A stretch of 64,000 bases of DNA from a virus (lineage: Duplodnaviria > Heunggongvirae > Uroviricota > Caudoviricetes): IMG/VR virus record IMGVR_UViG_3300025316_000590, positions 64,134 to 128,133 of that record; one strand, given 5' to 3'. A program made the translations under genes and the position numbers. Position 1 is the first letter of the stretch; every line of letters begins with the position of its first letter. Of the stretch, positions 45,654 to 53,880 are shown in pieces. The notes under the pieces were generated by a model. The model made no database searches. It was not told where the DNA came from and worked only from the letters and a program-made list of their open reading frames with translations.

Positions 45654-45842
45654 ATGGATGACCTAACCAGAAAGCTGATCAGCAAGTGTTCGTACCAGCA
45701 AGACTTCGCGGCAGCCCTGAAATTTGCCGCCGACGTCTTGGCGATTCTGAACAAGCACGATGCCGATCAGCCGACCATCCTGATGTCATCCATCGAGTTG
45801 TACGAAACTGAAAAAGTAGTAAACGGCACGTCAAGTGCATGA
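45654..45842 (+). CDS. Small hypothetical protein
   Basis: ORF ending inside the next promoter motif. Confidence 0.5.
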   Translation: MDDLTRKLISKCSYQQDFAAALKFAADVLAILNKHDADQPTILMSSIELYETEKVVNGTSSA

Positions 45843-45844
45843 TA
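45824..45844 (+). promoter_or_regulatory. sigma54-type promoter
   Basis: CGGCAC-GTCAA-GTGCATGATA. Confidence 0.7.
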
Positions 45845-45925
45845 TGCCCAACGGAAAAACAACCGCCAACGCGGCGGTCACCGTGTCCAGTATGATAGCA
45901 ACCTGAAGAACTAAGGAGTTCCACC

Positions 45926-46528
45926 ATGCCCGAAAACCGACCTATGCCCGCCCCGACCGAACTGGTCAACGAGTCCATCGAGTTCAGCCAAGACCTCTTG
46001 GAGGCCGCTCAGAACTTCGCCCGCAGCAAGCCGTGGAAGGGCGACCTCGACCTGCGTATCGCCAAGTTCCGCGAGTTTCACGACGCCATTTGCGGCGGCA
46101 GCGGCCCGGCCCTGATGATCGACATCGACGATGTCGAGACCAACAGTGGGGAGAGCCGCTTCAACCCGGAAATGAACGCCATCGAGATCAATGGTAAGCT
46201 CTCGGTGGTGACGTATCTGTTCCTGTACTTCATGAGCGTGGCCTTTGAGGACGTACAGCGAGGCACGTTCGACGGAGTCGAGCCGATGGTCAAGGCCATG
46301 ACCTTGTTCAAGAAGGTCTTCCCCCGCAGCTTCGCCCGCCTTCGCGGCGAGAACGGTATTTTTGTCGCGGGTGGCCTGCACCGCGACCACAACCTTCCCG
46401 TCGCCGCCCCGAGCCAAGCACCGGCCCTGGGTACGGAGAGCGACCCGCAGGTGTTGCCTCCCGCCCCGCAGGTGATCGACATCACCAGCAAGCCGACCCG
46501 CACCGACGAGGAGGTCGGCGAACTGTAA
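45926..46528 (+). CDS. Hypothetical protein
   Basis: TAAGGAG RBS. Confidence 0.75.
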   Translation: MPENRPMPAPTELVNESIEFSQDLLEAAQNFARSKPWKGDLDLRIAKFREFHDAICGGSGPALMIDIDDVETNSGESRFNPEMNAIEINGKLSVVTYLFLYFMSVAFEDVQRGTFDGVEPMVKAMTLFKKVFPRSFARLRGENGIFVAGGLHRDHNLPVAAPSQAPALGTESDPQVLPPAPQVIDITSKPTRTDEEVGEL

Positions 46529-46632
46529 TCCTGAACGGTGGGCTCAGCATCCGAGCGTAATCGGGTCAAACCGAGTTGACGGTGCTGAGCCTGCCGACCA
46601 AGCAACGCACGGCCCGCCTGGGTCTACGATAT

Positions 46633-47073
46633 ATGAACACAAAACTACGCACGAAGATCGACGAATTCCTTCAGCACCGGCGGAAGAGTGAGGCTGGAGG
46701 CTGGGCCAAGATCACGAACGACGACGTCACGAAGCTGGAGGAGATCATCCGACTGCTGATCGAAGCCAAGTGCAAGCCCGACTCCGAGGGCGAGCGACCC
46801 ATCGAGTTCATGCTCATCAACCGTCGCACGCACCACAGCATGAACTACTGCGCCCTGCCCTACGACGCGTGGATCCGTCACGACGATGCTGATCTTCCGC
46901 CGCCAGCGACCGCCGACGAAATCATGGACCTGGCAATGCTGAACCTGGGCCTCGCCAGCGGCGACGTGACCCAGCAGTATCGCCAGCAGCGGCACGACCG
47001 CACCGAAGCCGCACAGCGGGCCAAGAGCGAGCCCAAGCCGCGGGCTGACGATATCGAAGACGAGGATAACTGA
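46633..47073 (+). CDS. Hypothetical protein
   Basis: ORF with an acidic tail. Confidence 0.6.
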   Translation: MNTKLRTKIDEFLQHRRKSEAGGWAKITNDDVTKLEEIIRLLIEAKCKPDSEGERPIEFMLINRRTHHSMNYCALPYDAWIRHDDADLPPPATADEIMDLAMLNLGLASGDVTQQYRQQRHDRTEAAQRAKSEPKPRADDIEDEDN

Positions 47074-47086
47074 CGAAGGGTCATCG

Positions 47087-47148
47087 TTGACACAAGGCCC
47101 AACGTGTACTATGCTGCGGTTCAGCCGCGTGCTTAGTACACGTTGGGC
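47087..47148 (+). promoter_or_regulatory. sigma70-type promoter of the tRNA/tmRNA unit, overlapped by a 15-bp perfect inverted repeat
   Basis: TTGACA-17-TATGCT; GCCCAACGTGTACTA (47097-111) / TAGTACACGTTGGGC (47134-148). Confidence 0.8.
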
Positions 47149-47261
47149 TTCAAATAATAGGGACGGGAGCATCACCGAGGGATGTTACCGAGGTGGTGGA
47201 TAGAAACGCGGGAGTGGAGGTGATGAACCTCCACTCCCGTGCCCGAGTCTGGTAAGTATGA

Positions 47262-47335
47262 CGCGGAGTGGAGCAGTCCGGTAGCTCATGAGATTCATAA
47301 TCTCAAGGTCGCAGGTTCAAATCCTGTCTCCGCCA
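47262..47335 (+). tRNA. tRNA-Met(CAT), initiator-like
   Basis: Full cloverleaf with C1xC72 mismatch and GGTTCAAATCC T-arm. Anticodon arm is TGAGA-TTCATAA-TCTCA. CCA is not encoded. Confidence 0.9.
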
Positions 47336-47413
47336 CTCGTAGCCATCAGGCTAGGTTAGGTCGCCCGCACGAACGCCGACAGCGTGCGGGACGGCAGCAG
47401 ATTGTCGGCAACC

Positions 47414-47789
47414 GGGGGCGAATTGGATTCGACCGGGCAGCTAGAAGATTGAGTTGCGTGTCGTGGTTGGTCAGCAGGCCACGTTAATAGCCGACCAAAA
47501 ACTTACTTGCCAAAAACAAGTTCGAGAAGGCTCCGGCCTTCGCCCTCGTGGCCTAATAACCACGAGCCGACTGCGAACCCATCCGAGAGGTTCAAAAGCC
47601 GGCTGTAAACTCGGATCGTTCACGGTCGCTGCTGGTCACGCCGTGGATTAAAAATGCTACCGGCTGGTCGAACGACAACCCTGTTGATCCGGGGATCGCG
47701 AGACGACAGCTTGCAAATAGGATCGACTACACACGTAGACGCTTGATCGGAAATGTCGCGGGACGCGGGTTCGATCCCCGCCGCCTCCA
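47414..47789 (+). ncRNA. ssrA: tmRNA
   Basis: 5' GGGGGCG..GGATTCGAC and 3' GGGTTCGATCCCCGCCGCCTCCA with G3-U70. Tag ORF 47509-47556 encodes AKNKFEKAPAFALVA*. Confidence 0.95.
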
Positions 47790-47862
47790 CTAGGCCGACT
47801 GCACGCCGGGACTACATCTACCATGAACGAAGATGTCTCGGCAAACACCTCGTCGGCCTTTT

Positions 47863-48810
47863 CTACTTCCAGATGGTAGCCGCCTCGGCGGCGTTCATCT
47901 CGCCGGGATCCTTGCGGTGTTCCGGAACCAGAGCCGTGCGGTTCTCGTGGATAAGCTGACCGGCCAGGACCAGAGCCTGCTCCTCCGCCGCCTGGTCGAG
48001 GAGAATCACCACCTCATCGAAACGCTCCGACAGCTTGTTGAGGATGACCTTCTGCTGCGGCGTGATCGATGTGGTTTGCACCGATACCGCGTAGCATCCG
48101 CGAGGAGCGTAGACGTTCAGGTTCAGGGCATCGAACGGGCCTTCGTTCACGATGAGCTTTCGTCCGCCGTGTTTGGCCTGCGGCAGTCCGAAGATGCCCC
48201 ACTTTGGCTGCGGGCCGGCGGGCTCGGCTTTGTACCGCAGTCGGGACTTGGTGATCGCCCTGCCGTAGAACGCGATCATGTTTCCGGCCCAGTCGTGAAT
48301 CGGGAACAGGATGCGATTGGCATGTTTGCCGGTTACGGCACACTTCAGGTCATACTCGTCGCAGGCCCAGGCGATATCGCGGTTGGGTATCTTGCGGTCA
48401 TAACGCATGTAATCCCAATAGTCCCGCGTGACGCCTTCAGGGTGTATTATGCGGGCTTCCTGCGGCCAATTGATCACCTTGACCGATTTCTTTACGGGAT
48501 GCTCCTTGGCCATGAACGCGGCGACCGCGGCTTCGTAACCTTCCAGCGGCGGACCTTCATCTTCGCCGATACTGCGGGCCGCCTCGTGGCCGGCGAGCAG
48601 TGAGATGATCCGTTGGAAACTCATGCCGTGGTTTTTGTTACGCCAGCAGAAGTAACCGCCGTCACGCAAACTGATATTACCGTGTTCGCTGCGGTCGGCT
48701 TCGCCACACATCGGGCAGTGGATGCTTACGCAGCCTCGCTTCGTGTTCTTGCCGTCCGTGACGTACTTAATACGGAAGCGGTCGAGGATTTCTTTAACGT
48801 TCATGATCAC
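47863..48810 (-). CDS. DNA primase (Zn-binding + TOPRIM)
   Basis: HCPMC..YFCW; RILFPI..IAFYGRAI..RYK; IVNEGPFDA; ILLDQ. Confidence 0.88.
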   Translation of the reverse strand: MIMNVKEILDRFRIKYVTDGKNTKRGCVSIHCPMCGEADRSEHGNISLRDGGYFCWRNKNHGMSFQRIISLLAGHEAARSIGEDEGPPLEGYEAAVAAFMAKEHPVKKSVKVINWPQEARIIHPEGVTRDYWDYMRYDRKIPNRDIAWACDEYDLKCAVTGKHANRILFPIHDWAGNMIAFYGRAITKSRLRYKAEPAGPQPKWGIFGLPQAKHGGRKLIVNEGPFDALNLNVYAPRGCYAVSVQTTSITPQQKVILNKLSERFDEVVILLDQAAEEQALVLAGQLIHENRTALVPEHRKDPGEMNAAEAATIWK

Positions 48811-48816
48811 CTCATG

Positions 48817-48940
48817 TGGAGCATACGGGGATCGAACCCGCAGGCGAATGGCTACGCTGCGAGTCGGTCGCCTCCATTGCGCGGTAGCGACCGCCGCCCT
48901 GCGTAACTATTCAGCATCCGCGCCGCGTGCGGCATGCCCC
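48817..48940 (-). ncRNA. tRNA-Ala-identity tRNA-like RNA (non-canonical body)
   Basis: Acceptor GGGGCAT/ATGCTCC-A with G3-U70; T-arm GCGGG-TTCGATC-CCCGT; ~80-nt interior without a standard D or anticodon arm. Confidence 0.65.
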
Positions 48941-49120
48941 GTACCACAAATAGACACGGCAAAGCTCATCGTGTCTAGTCGTTAGCTCGGCCTGCGGTGG
49001 CCAGTAATAGTGCCAGGGGCGGATCTTCGGATCCGACGCCACACCGCGGCGGCGACGCCCGCCCATAGCGGACGTGGGCAGCCGCGGGCCGGGCGTTTGA
49101 TAACCTCGCGTTGACGGGAG

Positions 49121-49627
49121 GTGGCAACCTCGCTATGTTGGGAAGTTGCTAACGAAATACCGATAAACGAGGAACAGGCGACCCGCGACGGTCGCCTGTT
49201 CATGGCTTGCAGCAATCGGAGGTTGCTAGTGCCTACTCCTCATCCTAACACGATCATACAGGACGGTCAAGGGCCACATCGTACTATCTCGGAATCTACA
49301 CGACGGCTTATTCTAGCCATCGATCAGCAGCTACTCGACGATCTTAGCAAGCGTGACCTTCTGCTCATGCTGGAGTGCTTTTATCACACGGACAAAGATA
49401 CGTGCCGGTTCCCGATGCGTAATCGGGACGTCATGCAGCGGTTTCGATGGAGCCACCAGGAGACTCTACACCACATCTGGGAGCTTGAGCGTCGCTTTAT
49501 CATCATGTGTAGAACAGGGTGTCGGTGGGAGTTCCTACCCGACCGTGAATACTACAGCGAACTGGTAGTCGAATTAAATAAAACACGGAAACGCGTCAGT
49601 CCGCGTTCTCGCAACGGGGAATTGTAG
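49121..49627 (+). CDS. Winged-helix-like DNA-binding/replication protein
   Basis: Pattern CRFPMRNRDVMQRFRWSHQET..HIWELERRFII is wHTH-like; start codon uncertain. Confidence 0.5.
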   Translation: MATSLCWEVANEIPINEEQATRDGRLFMACSNRRLLVPTPHPNTIIQDGQGPHRTISESTRRLILAIDQQLLDDLSKRDLLLMLECFYHTDKDTCRFPMRNRDVMQRFRWSHQETLHHIWELERRFIIMCRTGCRWEFLPDREYYSELVVELNKTRKRVSPRSRNGEL

Positions 49628-49629
49628 GC

Positions 49630-50703
49630 ATGGCTAGATTACACGAATCAGAATACCGAAGCCGTGAGGCTACCCGCCTCCGCCGCCTGGATCATATCAG
49701 CAAGCGTGGCATGCTGCTGTACGAGTTTTGCAGGCAGCGGGCACACTGGAAATCATGCCGGTTCTATATGAGCCCAGGCGAAACCGCCGAGACCCTTGGT
49801 TGGTGTGCGAGGGAGGAATATCGCCGCCGCAGGGAACTGATCGATGCCGGTATCATCAAGATCATCAAGGGGCGACGATACGAGTTTCTCCCGTGGTTGG
49901 AAACCGCAGAAACCAATGCAGTCACAGAAGATACCGCTGCTGTTGATGATACACGTCCCGCAGATCATACAGCAGATCATACAGCCGGTTGTGACGAAGT
50001 GAATCGGACAACTCTTGTCCGGTTAATCGGACAAAAGCTGTCCGACCATGAAACAGAACACCTAAACAGAAGCAACGAGTACGTTGCCGCCGCAAAGCGG
50101 CGACGACAGCAGCCGCCAGTTGTTGGCAGGGAAGACACCAATAGATCATCCACCCCTGGATCATCAACGCGACGCTTCCAGCGAAGACGTCCAATACGGC
50201 CTGTCGAGGATGAGACAACCGTCCTGCAAGATCATGAAAATATCGTAACCCAGCACAGTACACCAGAAGGAGATCATACAGTGCCAAGTCGACAAGTACC
50301 TGCTCGCCCTGTGCGACCAATATCATATAACAACCGAACCAGCAACAGTCGTCTCTCAGCAATCATGGCAGACGAGATCAGCAACGCCCTGCATCCGTCG
50401 CGTAGCGACTGGCAGCGTATCAGCGAAATGACGTCCATCGGCCTGCGTGGGGCACGCAGCCATTACTTCAGGTTGGGATCAGCCACCTGTGTCCGTATGC
50501 TGCAGCGACTTCAGGACGAACGTCGCCGGATGGAAGACGTGGAAATGCGAACCGAAGACTACATCGCATCCCGCCTGCTCGTAATGATCAAGCGTTACGT
50601 TGCCCATCCCGTGGAGATCACGTTTGATATGGAAGAAGCACCCGAAGAGGAATCTTGGGCCGACGTGCGATGCAACCGGCCCAAACCGGACGGAGTCATT
50701 TAA
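49630..50703 (+). CDS. Replication initiator-like protein (N-terminal wHTH, low-complexity middle)
   Basis: FYMSPGETAETLGW..YRRRRELIDAGII; lies directly before the helicase; contains repeated AGATCATACAG. Confidence 0.55.
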   Translation: MARLHESEYRSREATRLRRLDHISKRGMLLYEFCRQRAHWKSCRFYMSPGETAETLGWCAREEYRRRRELIDAGIIKIIKGRRYEFLPWLETAETNAVTEDTAAVDDTRPADHTADHTAGCDEVNRTTLVRLIGQKLSDHETEHLNRSNEYVAAAKRRRQQPPVVGREDTNRSSTPGSSTRRFQRRRPIRPVEDETTVLQDHENIVTQHSTPEGDHTVPSRQVPARPVRPISYNNRTSNSRLSAIMADEISNALHPSRSDWQRISEMTSIGLRGARSHYFRLGSATCVRMLQRLQDERRRMEDVEMRTEDYIASRLLVMIKRYVAHPVEITFDMEEAPEEESWADVRCNRPKPDGVI

Positions 50704-50711
50704 TTGTGAGC

Positions 50712-52262
50712 ATGAATTACCTTGAGCAGATAGACCTGCTCACCATTTGCTGTTACCGCGACCGCGGCGGCAAAACAATCTCAGCTATCTGTCCCACGAC
50801 CCTGTACGAACCCGCCGAGGTACGCAACCTCGCCGATAAGCTGTACGCCTATATCGACGAGCATCACTGCCCGCCCAAAGATCTGTTCATCAACATGATC
50901 GAGGAACTGCGGGAACGCTACCCCGACGACGAGGATACTTACGATCACATTCAGCGGTCGATTCTCGACGCCAAGACGACCGTCAACGAGGACTACACCG
51001 TCCCCAAGCTGCGGCGGTTCATGCGAACGCAGAACATGAGCCTGGCACTGCGAAGGATCATCGAACTGCACAACGCCGGCGATGACGAGGCCGCGATGCA
51101 CGCGATGGTGAAGGCCGCCGACGAACGTGACGCAGCCCTTGACCCTGGCCTCGACCTGAATCTTCTGGGTAAGTTCGTTGGCCCGCAGCACCGCGAGCAG
51201 AACGACAGCTTCGAGACCGGCATCGAAATCCTCGACAAGCATCGCGTGACGCCCGCCCGCAAAGAGATGCTGATGTTCGTCGCCCCAGCGAAGCACGGCA
51301 AGACCTTTGCGATGGTACAGTTTGGCAAGCGGGCCATGCTCCAGCGCAAGAAGGTCTGCCACGTGACCTTGGAGATGTCGCAAGAGGAGATCATGTATCG
51401 CTATGTGCGAACCATGACGACGATGGGCGACGCAGATACGATCACCAGGCCGTGGATTCAAAAGGACGAGGAAGGCAAGTTCCTCGACTGCGGCACCACG
51501 GAGGTTCCCAACCCAGCCCGGTTCGGCACCGACGAGGGCGACCGAGTCATCAACAAGTTCCTGCGGAAGTTCAAGGGCAGGCTACCCCTGAAGATTAAGG
51601 AGTTCCCCAGCGGCCAGCTTTCGGTGATGGCCCTGCGGAAGTGGCTGCGGGCCTTGGAAAGCGTGCATAACTACGTCCCCGACCTGCTCCTGGTTGATTA
51701 TCCCGACCTGATGAAGGAAGACCAGTCCAGCAACCGCGACTATCGTATTCAGCTAGACAAAATTCTGGTCGGGCTTCGCGGCATCGCCAGTGAGATGGCG
51801 TGTGCCGTGGTGGTGGCCAGCCAGACGAACCGCGACGGGGCTCACAAGAAGAACGTGCGGGCTCACGACGTTGCTGAATCGTTCGGCAAGGTGATGACGT
51901 TTGACAAGGGCATCTTCTACAGCCAGACCGACGACGAGAAGAAGGCCAACCTCGCCCGCCTGTTCGTGCTGGGCCGCAACGTCAAGAGCAGCTTCGAGTT
52001 TCTCATCAGCCAGTGCTACGATACGAATACGTTCGCCGTGGACTGTGCTTACATCGACAAGGATTGTTACCCGCCGCGTGGATCGCCGGATCGCGATTCT
52101 AATACCGCGCGAAGTGGGCGGCAACGAGTGCCTGAACGGGAAGCGGAGGACGACGGAGAGACTGCCGTCGCTCCGCCGCGAGGTCGGGCTCAGGGAAGAG
52201 CCCGACCGGACCCGGTTCTTGCGGCATATAGCGGAAGTGCTAATGCAAGTGGCCACGTTTGA
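50712..52262 (+). CDS. DnaB-like replicative helicase
   Basis: Walker A APAKHGKT, VTLEMS, LLVDYPDLM, VVASQTNR and IFYSQ. Confidence 0.9.
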   Translation: MNYLEQIDLLTICCYRDRGGKTISAICPTTLYEPAEVRNLADKLYAYIDEHHCPPKDLFINMIEELRERYPDDEDTYDHIQRSILDAKTTVNEDYTVPKLRRFMRTQNMSLALRRIIELHNAGDDEAAMHAMVKAADERDAALDPGLDLNLLGKFVGPQHREQNDSFETGIEILDKHRVTPARKEMLMFVAPAKHGKTFAMVQFGKRAMLQRKKVCHVTLEMSQEEIMYRYVRTMTTMGDADTITRPWIQKDEEGKFLDCGTTEVPNPARFGTDEGDRVINKFLRKFKGRLPLKIKEFPSGQLSVMALRKWLRALESVHNYVPDLLLVDYPDLMKEDQSSNRDYRIQLDKILVGLRGIASEMACAVVVASQTNRDGAHKKNVRAHDVAESFGKVMTFDKGIFYSQTDDEKKANLARLFVLGRNVKSSFEFLISQCYDTNTFAVDCAYIDKDCYPPRGSPDRDSNTARSGRQRVPEREAEDDGETAVAPPRGRAQGRARPDPVLAAYSGSANASGHV

Positions 52263-53230
52263 TAGAACCTGTCATAATGAGGCGTGTCTGGTTCGCTAGG
52301 AGAAATAACATGCTCACATCCGTGGCCCGCAGACCCATTGACGCTGTTCGTCACCGCCTGATTGTTCGGGTGCGTGAGCTGGACTTGGTTTATATTCCGA
52401 ACATATCATTTAGCCGCGTCAAATCCCGACAGGAGGCACGCATCCTTGCGGATCGCCCGGTAGGACCGCCCGTGAAGGCCGTGAAACCCACACCGGGCCT
52501 GCCTCCGTACCTGCGGGCACTGTACGATACGCCCCTGCTGACGCGGGAACAGGAGGCTCACCTGTTCCGCAAGATGAACTACTTGAAATACAAGACGTCC
52601 CGCCTGCGAGATGATCTTGATTCGCACCGGCCATCCGTGCGGGCCATGCATGAGATTCTGCAATTAGCCGACCAGGCTATGGCCGTCCGCAACGAGATCA
52701 TCACGGCCAACTTGCGACTGGTGGTGAACATCGCCCGCCGGTATGCACACAGCAGCGATGAACTGTTCGACCTGATTAGCGACGGCAATATCTCCCTGAT
52801 GCGGGCTGTGGACAGGTTCGATTACGACCGCGGCTTCAGGTTTTCAACCTATGCGACCTGGGCATTGATCAAGAACTATTCACGCAGCATCGCTGTGGAG
52901 ATTCGGCAACTGGCACGTTTCCGCACGGGCGAGGAGAACCCGCTGGATAACGTGGAAAGCCCGTTAAGCGACCTTCCGCATCGTGTTGACGTGATGCAGG
53001 CCCGGCAGCATGGAATCGCCAAGATGCTTCAGCACCTTGACGAACGCGAGCATTTCATCATTGTCAGCCGATTCGGACTTGATCGCGACGCGATGACTCT
53101 TACGGACGTCGGCAAGGCCCTTGGCGTCGGCAAAGAACGCATTCGGCAGTTGGAGGCCCGAGCGATGGATAAGCTGATGCGGGCCGCCGTAACGGAACGC
53201 ATCGATCCATTCAGTATGATCCAAGTTTGA
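52259..53230 (+). CDS. Sigma-70 family RNA polymerase sigma factor (Planctomycete-like)
   Basis: Region 1.2 PLLTREQE; region 2 NLRLVVNIARRY..FDYDRGFRFSTYATW; region 4 TL.DVG..LGV.KERIRQLE. Confidence 0.92.
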   Translation: MIEPVIMRRVWFARRNNMLTSVARRPIDAVRHRLIVRVRELDLVYIPNISFSRVKSRQEARILADRPVGPPVKAVKPTPGLPPYLRALYDTPLLTREQEAHLFRKMNYLKYKTSRLRDDLDSHRPSVRAMHEILQLADQAMAVRNEIITANLRLVVNIARRYAHSSDELFDLISDGNISLMRAVDRFDYDRGFRFSTYATWALIKNYSRSIAVEIRQLARFRTGEENPLDNVESPLSDLPHRVDVMQARQHGIAKMLQHLDEREHFIIVSRFGLDRDAMTLTDVGKALGVGKERIRQLEARAMDKLMRAAVTERIDPFSMIQV

Positions 53231-53307
53231 CGGTGTCTGGTCTTGTTGCCAGTCGACGTGGATGGTATCCTCGTTGCGTATAGCACCAACAATCGGACCC
53301 AAATATT

Positions 53308-53880
53308 ATGCCAACAACCTATGAGGTCGCCGACGATTCGGTGAAGGAATTCGTCAACAGCGTCATGCGGTTATACCACGGTGGGCTATCGGCCCTGGAG
53401 ACCACGGTCGATATTCTGATGGCTATGCCGCCTCGCGACCAGAACGGCGACCCGACTGGCCCGGCCCTTAAATTTCACGGGCACAAAGCCTACGCCATTA
53501 TCCGCCAGACAAAGCCCGACGAACGAGCCTTGGGCCAAGCGGACACCCACCTGAAGATCGACAGGGAGGCGTGGGAGGAGATGGACTCCGAGGAACGCAC
53601 GGCTCTGATCGACCACGAACTGTCGCACCTCGTGCCGAAGTTGGCCAGCGACGGTTCGGTGAAGCGGGATGACTATGAACGCCCGTTGTTCTGCGGCAAG
53701 CACCACGACTACGAGGTGGGCTGGTTCTTCTCGGTCGCCCACCGGCACGGTAGGAAGAGCATTGAGTGCCGTCAGCTTCAGGACTTGATGGACAGCGAGA
53801 GCTATCAGCGGTGCATGCAGCCATCGATCACGGTGACGCCGCCCGTGCGTCGCCGCATGGCCAGCACAGGCGAGATATGA
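53308..53880 (+). CDS. Putative phage metallopeptidase
   Basis: ALIDHELSH followed by HHDYEVG.F..V..RHG. Confidence 0.75.
   Translation: MPTTYEVADDSVKEFVNSVMRLYHGGLSALETTVDILMAMPPRDQNGDPTGPALKFHGHKAYAIIRQTKPDERALGQADTHLKIDREAWEEMDSEERTALIDHELSHLVPKLASDGSVKRDDYERPLFCGKHHDYEVGWFFSVAHRHGRKSIECRQLQDLMDSESYQRCMQPSITVTPPVRRRMASTGEI

Noticed and set aside
47336-47413. Theta (HDV-like) ribozyme after the tRNA
   Set aside because: Only two helices are evident; P3/L3, P1.1 and the catalytic C context are missing. Kept only as a generic pseudoknot.
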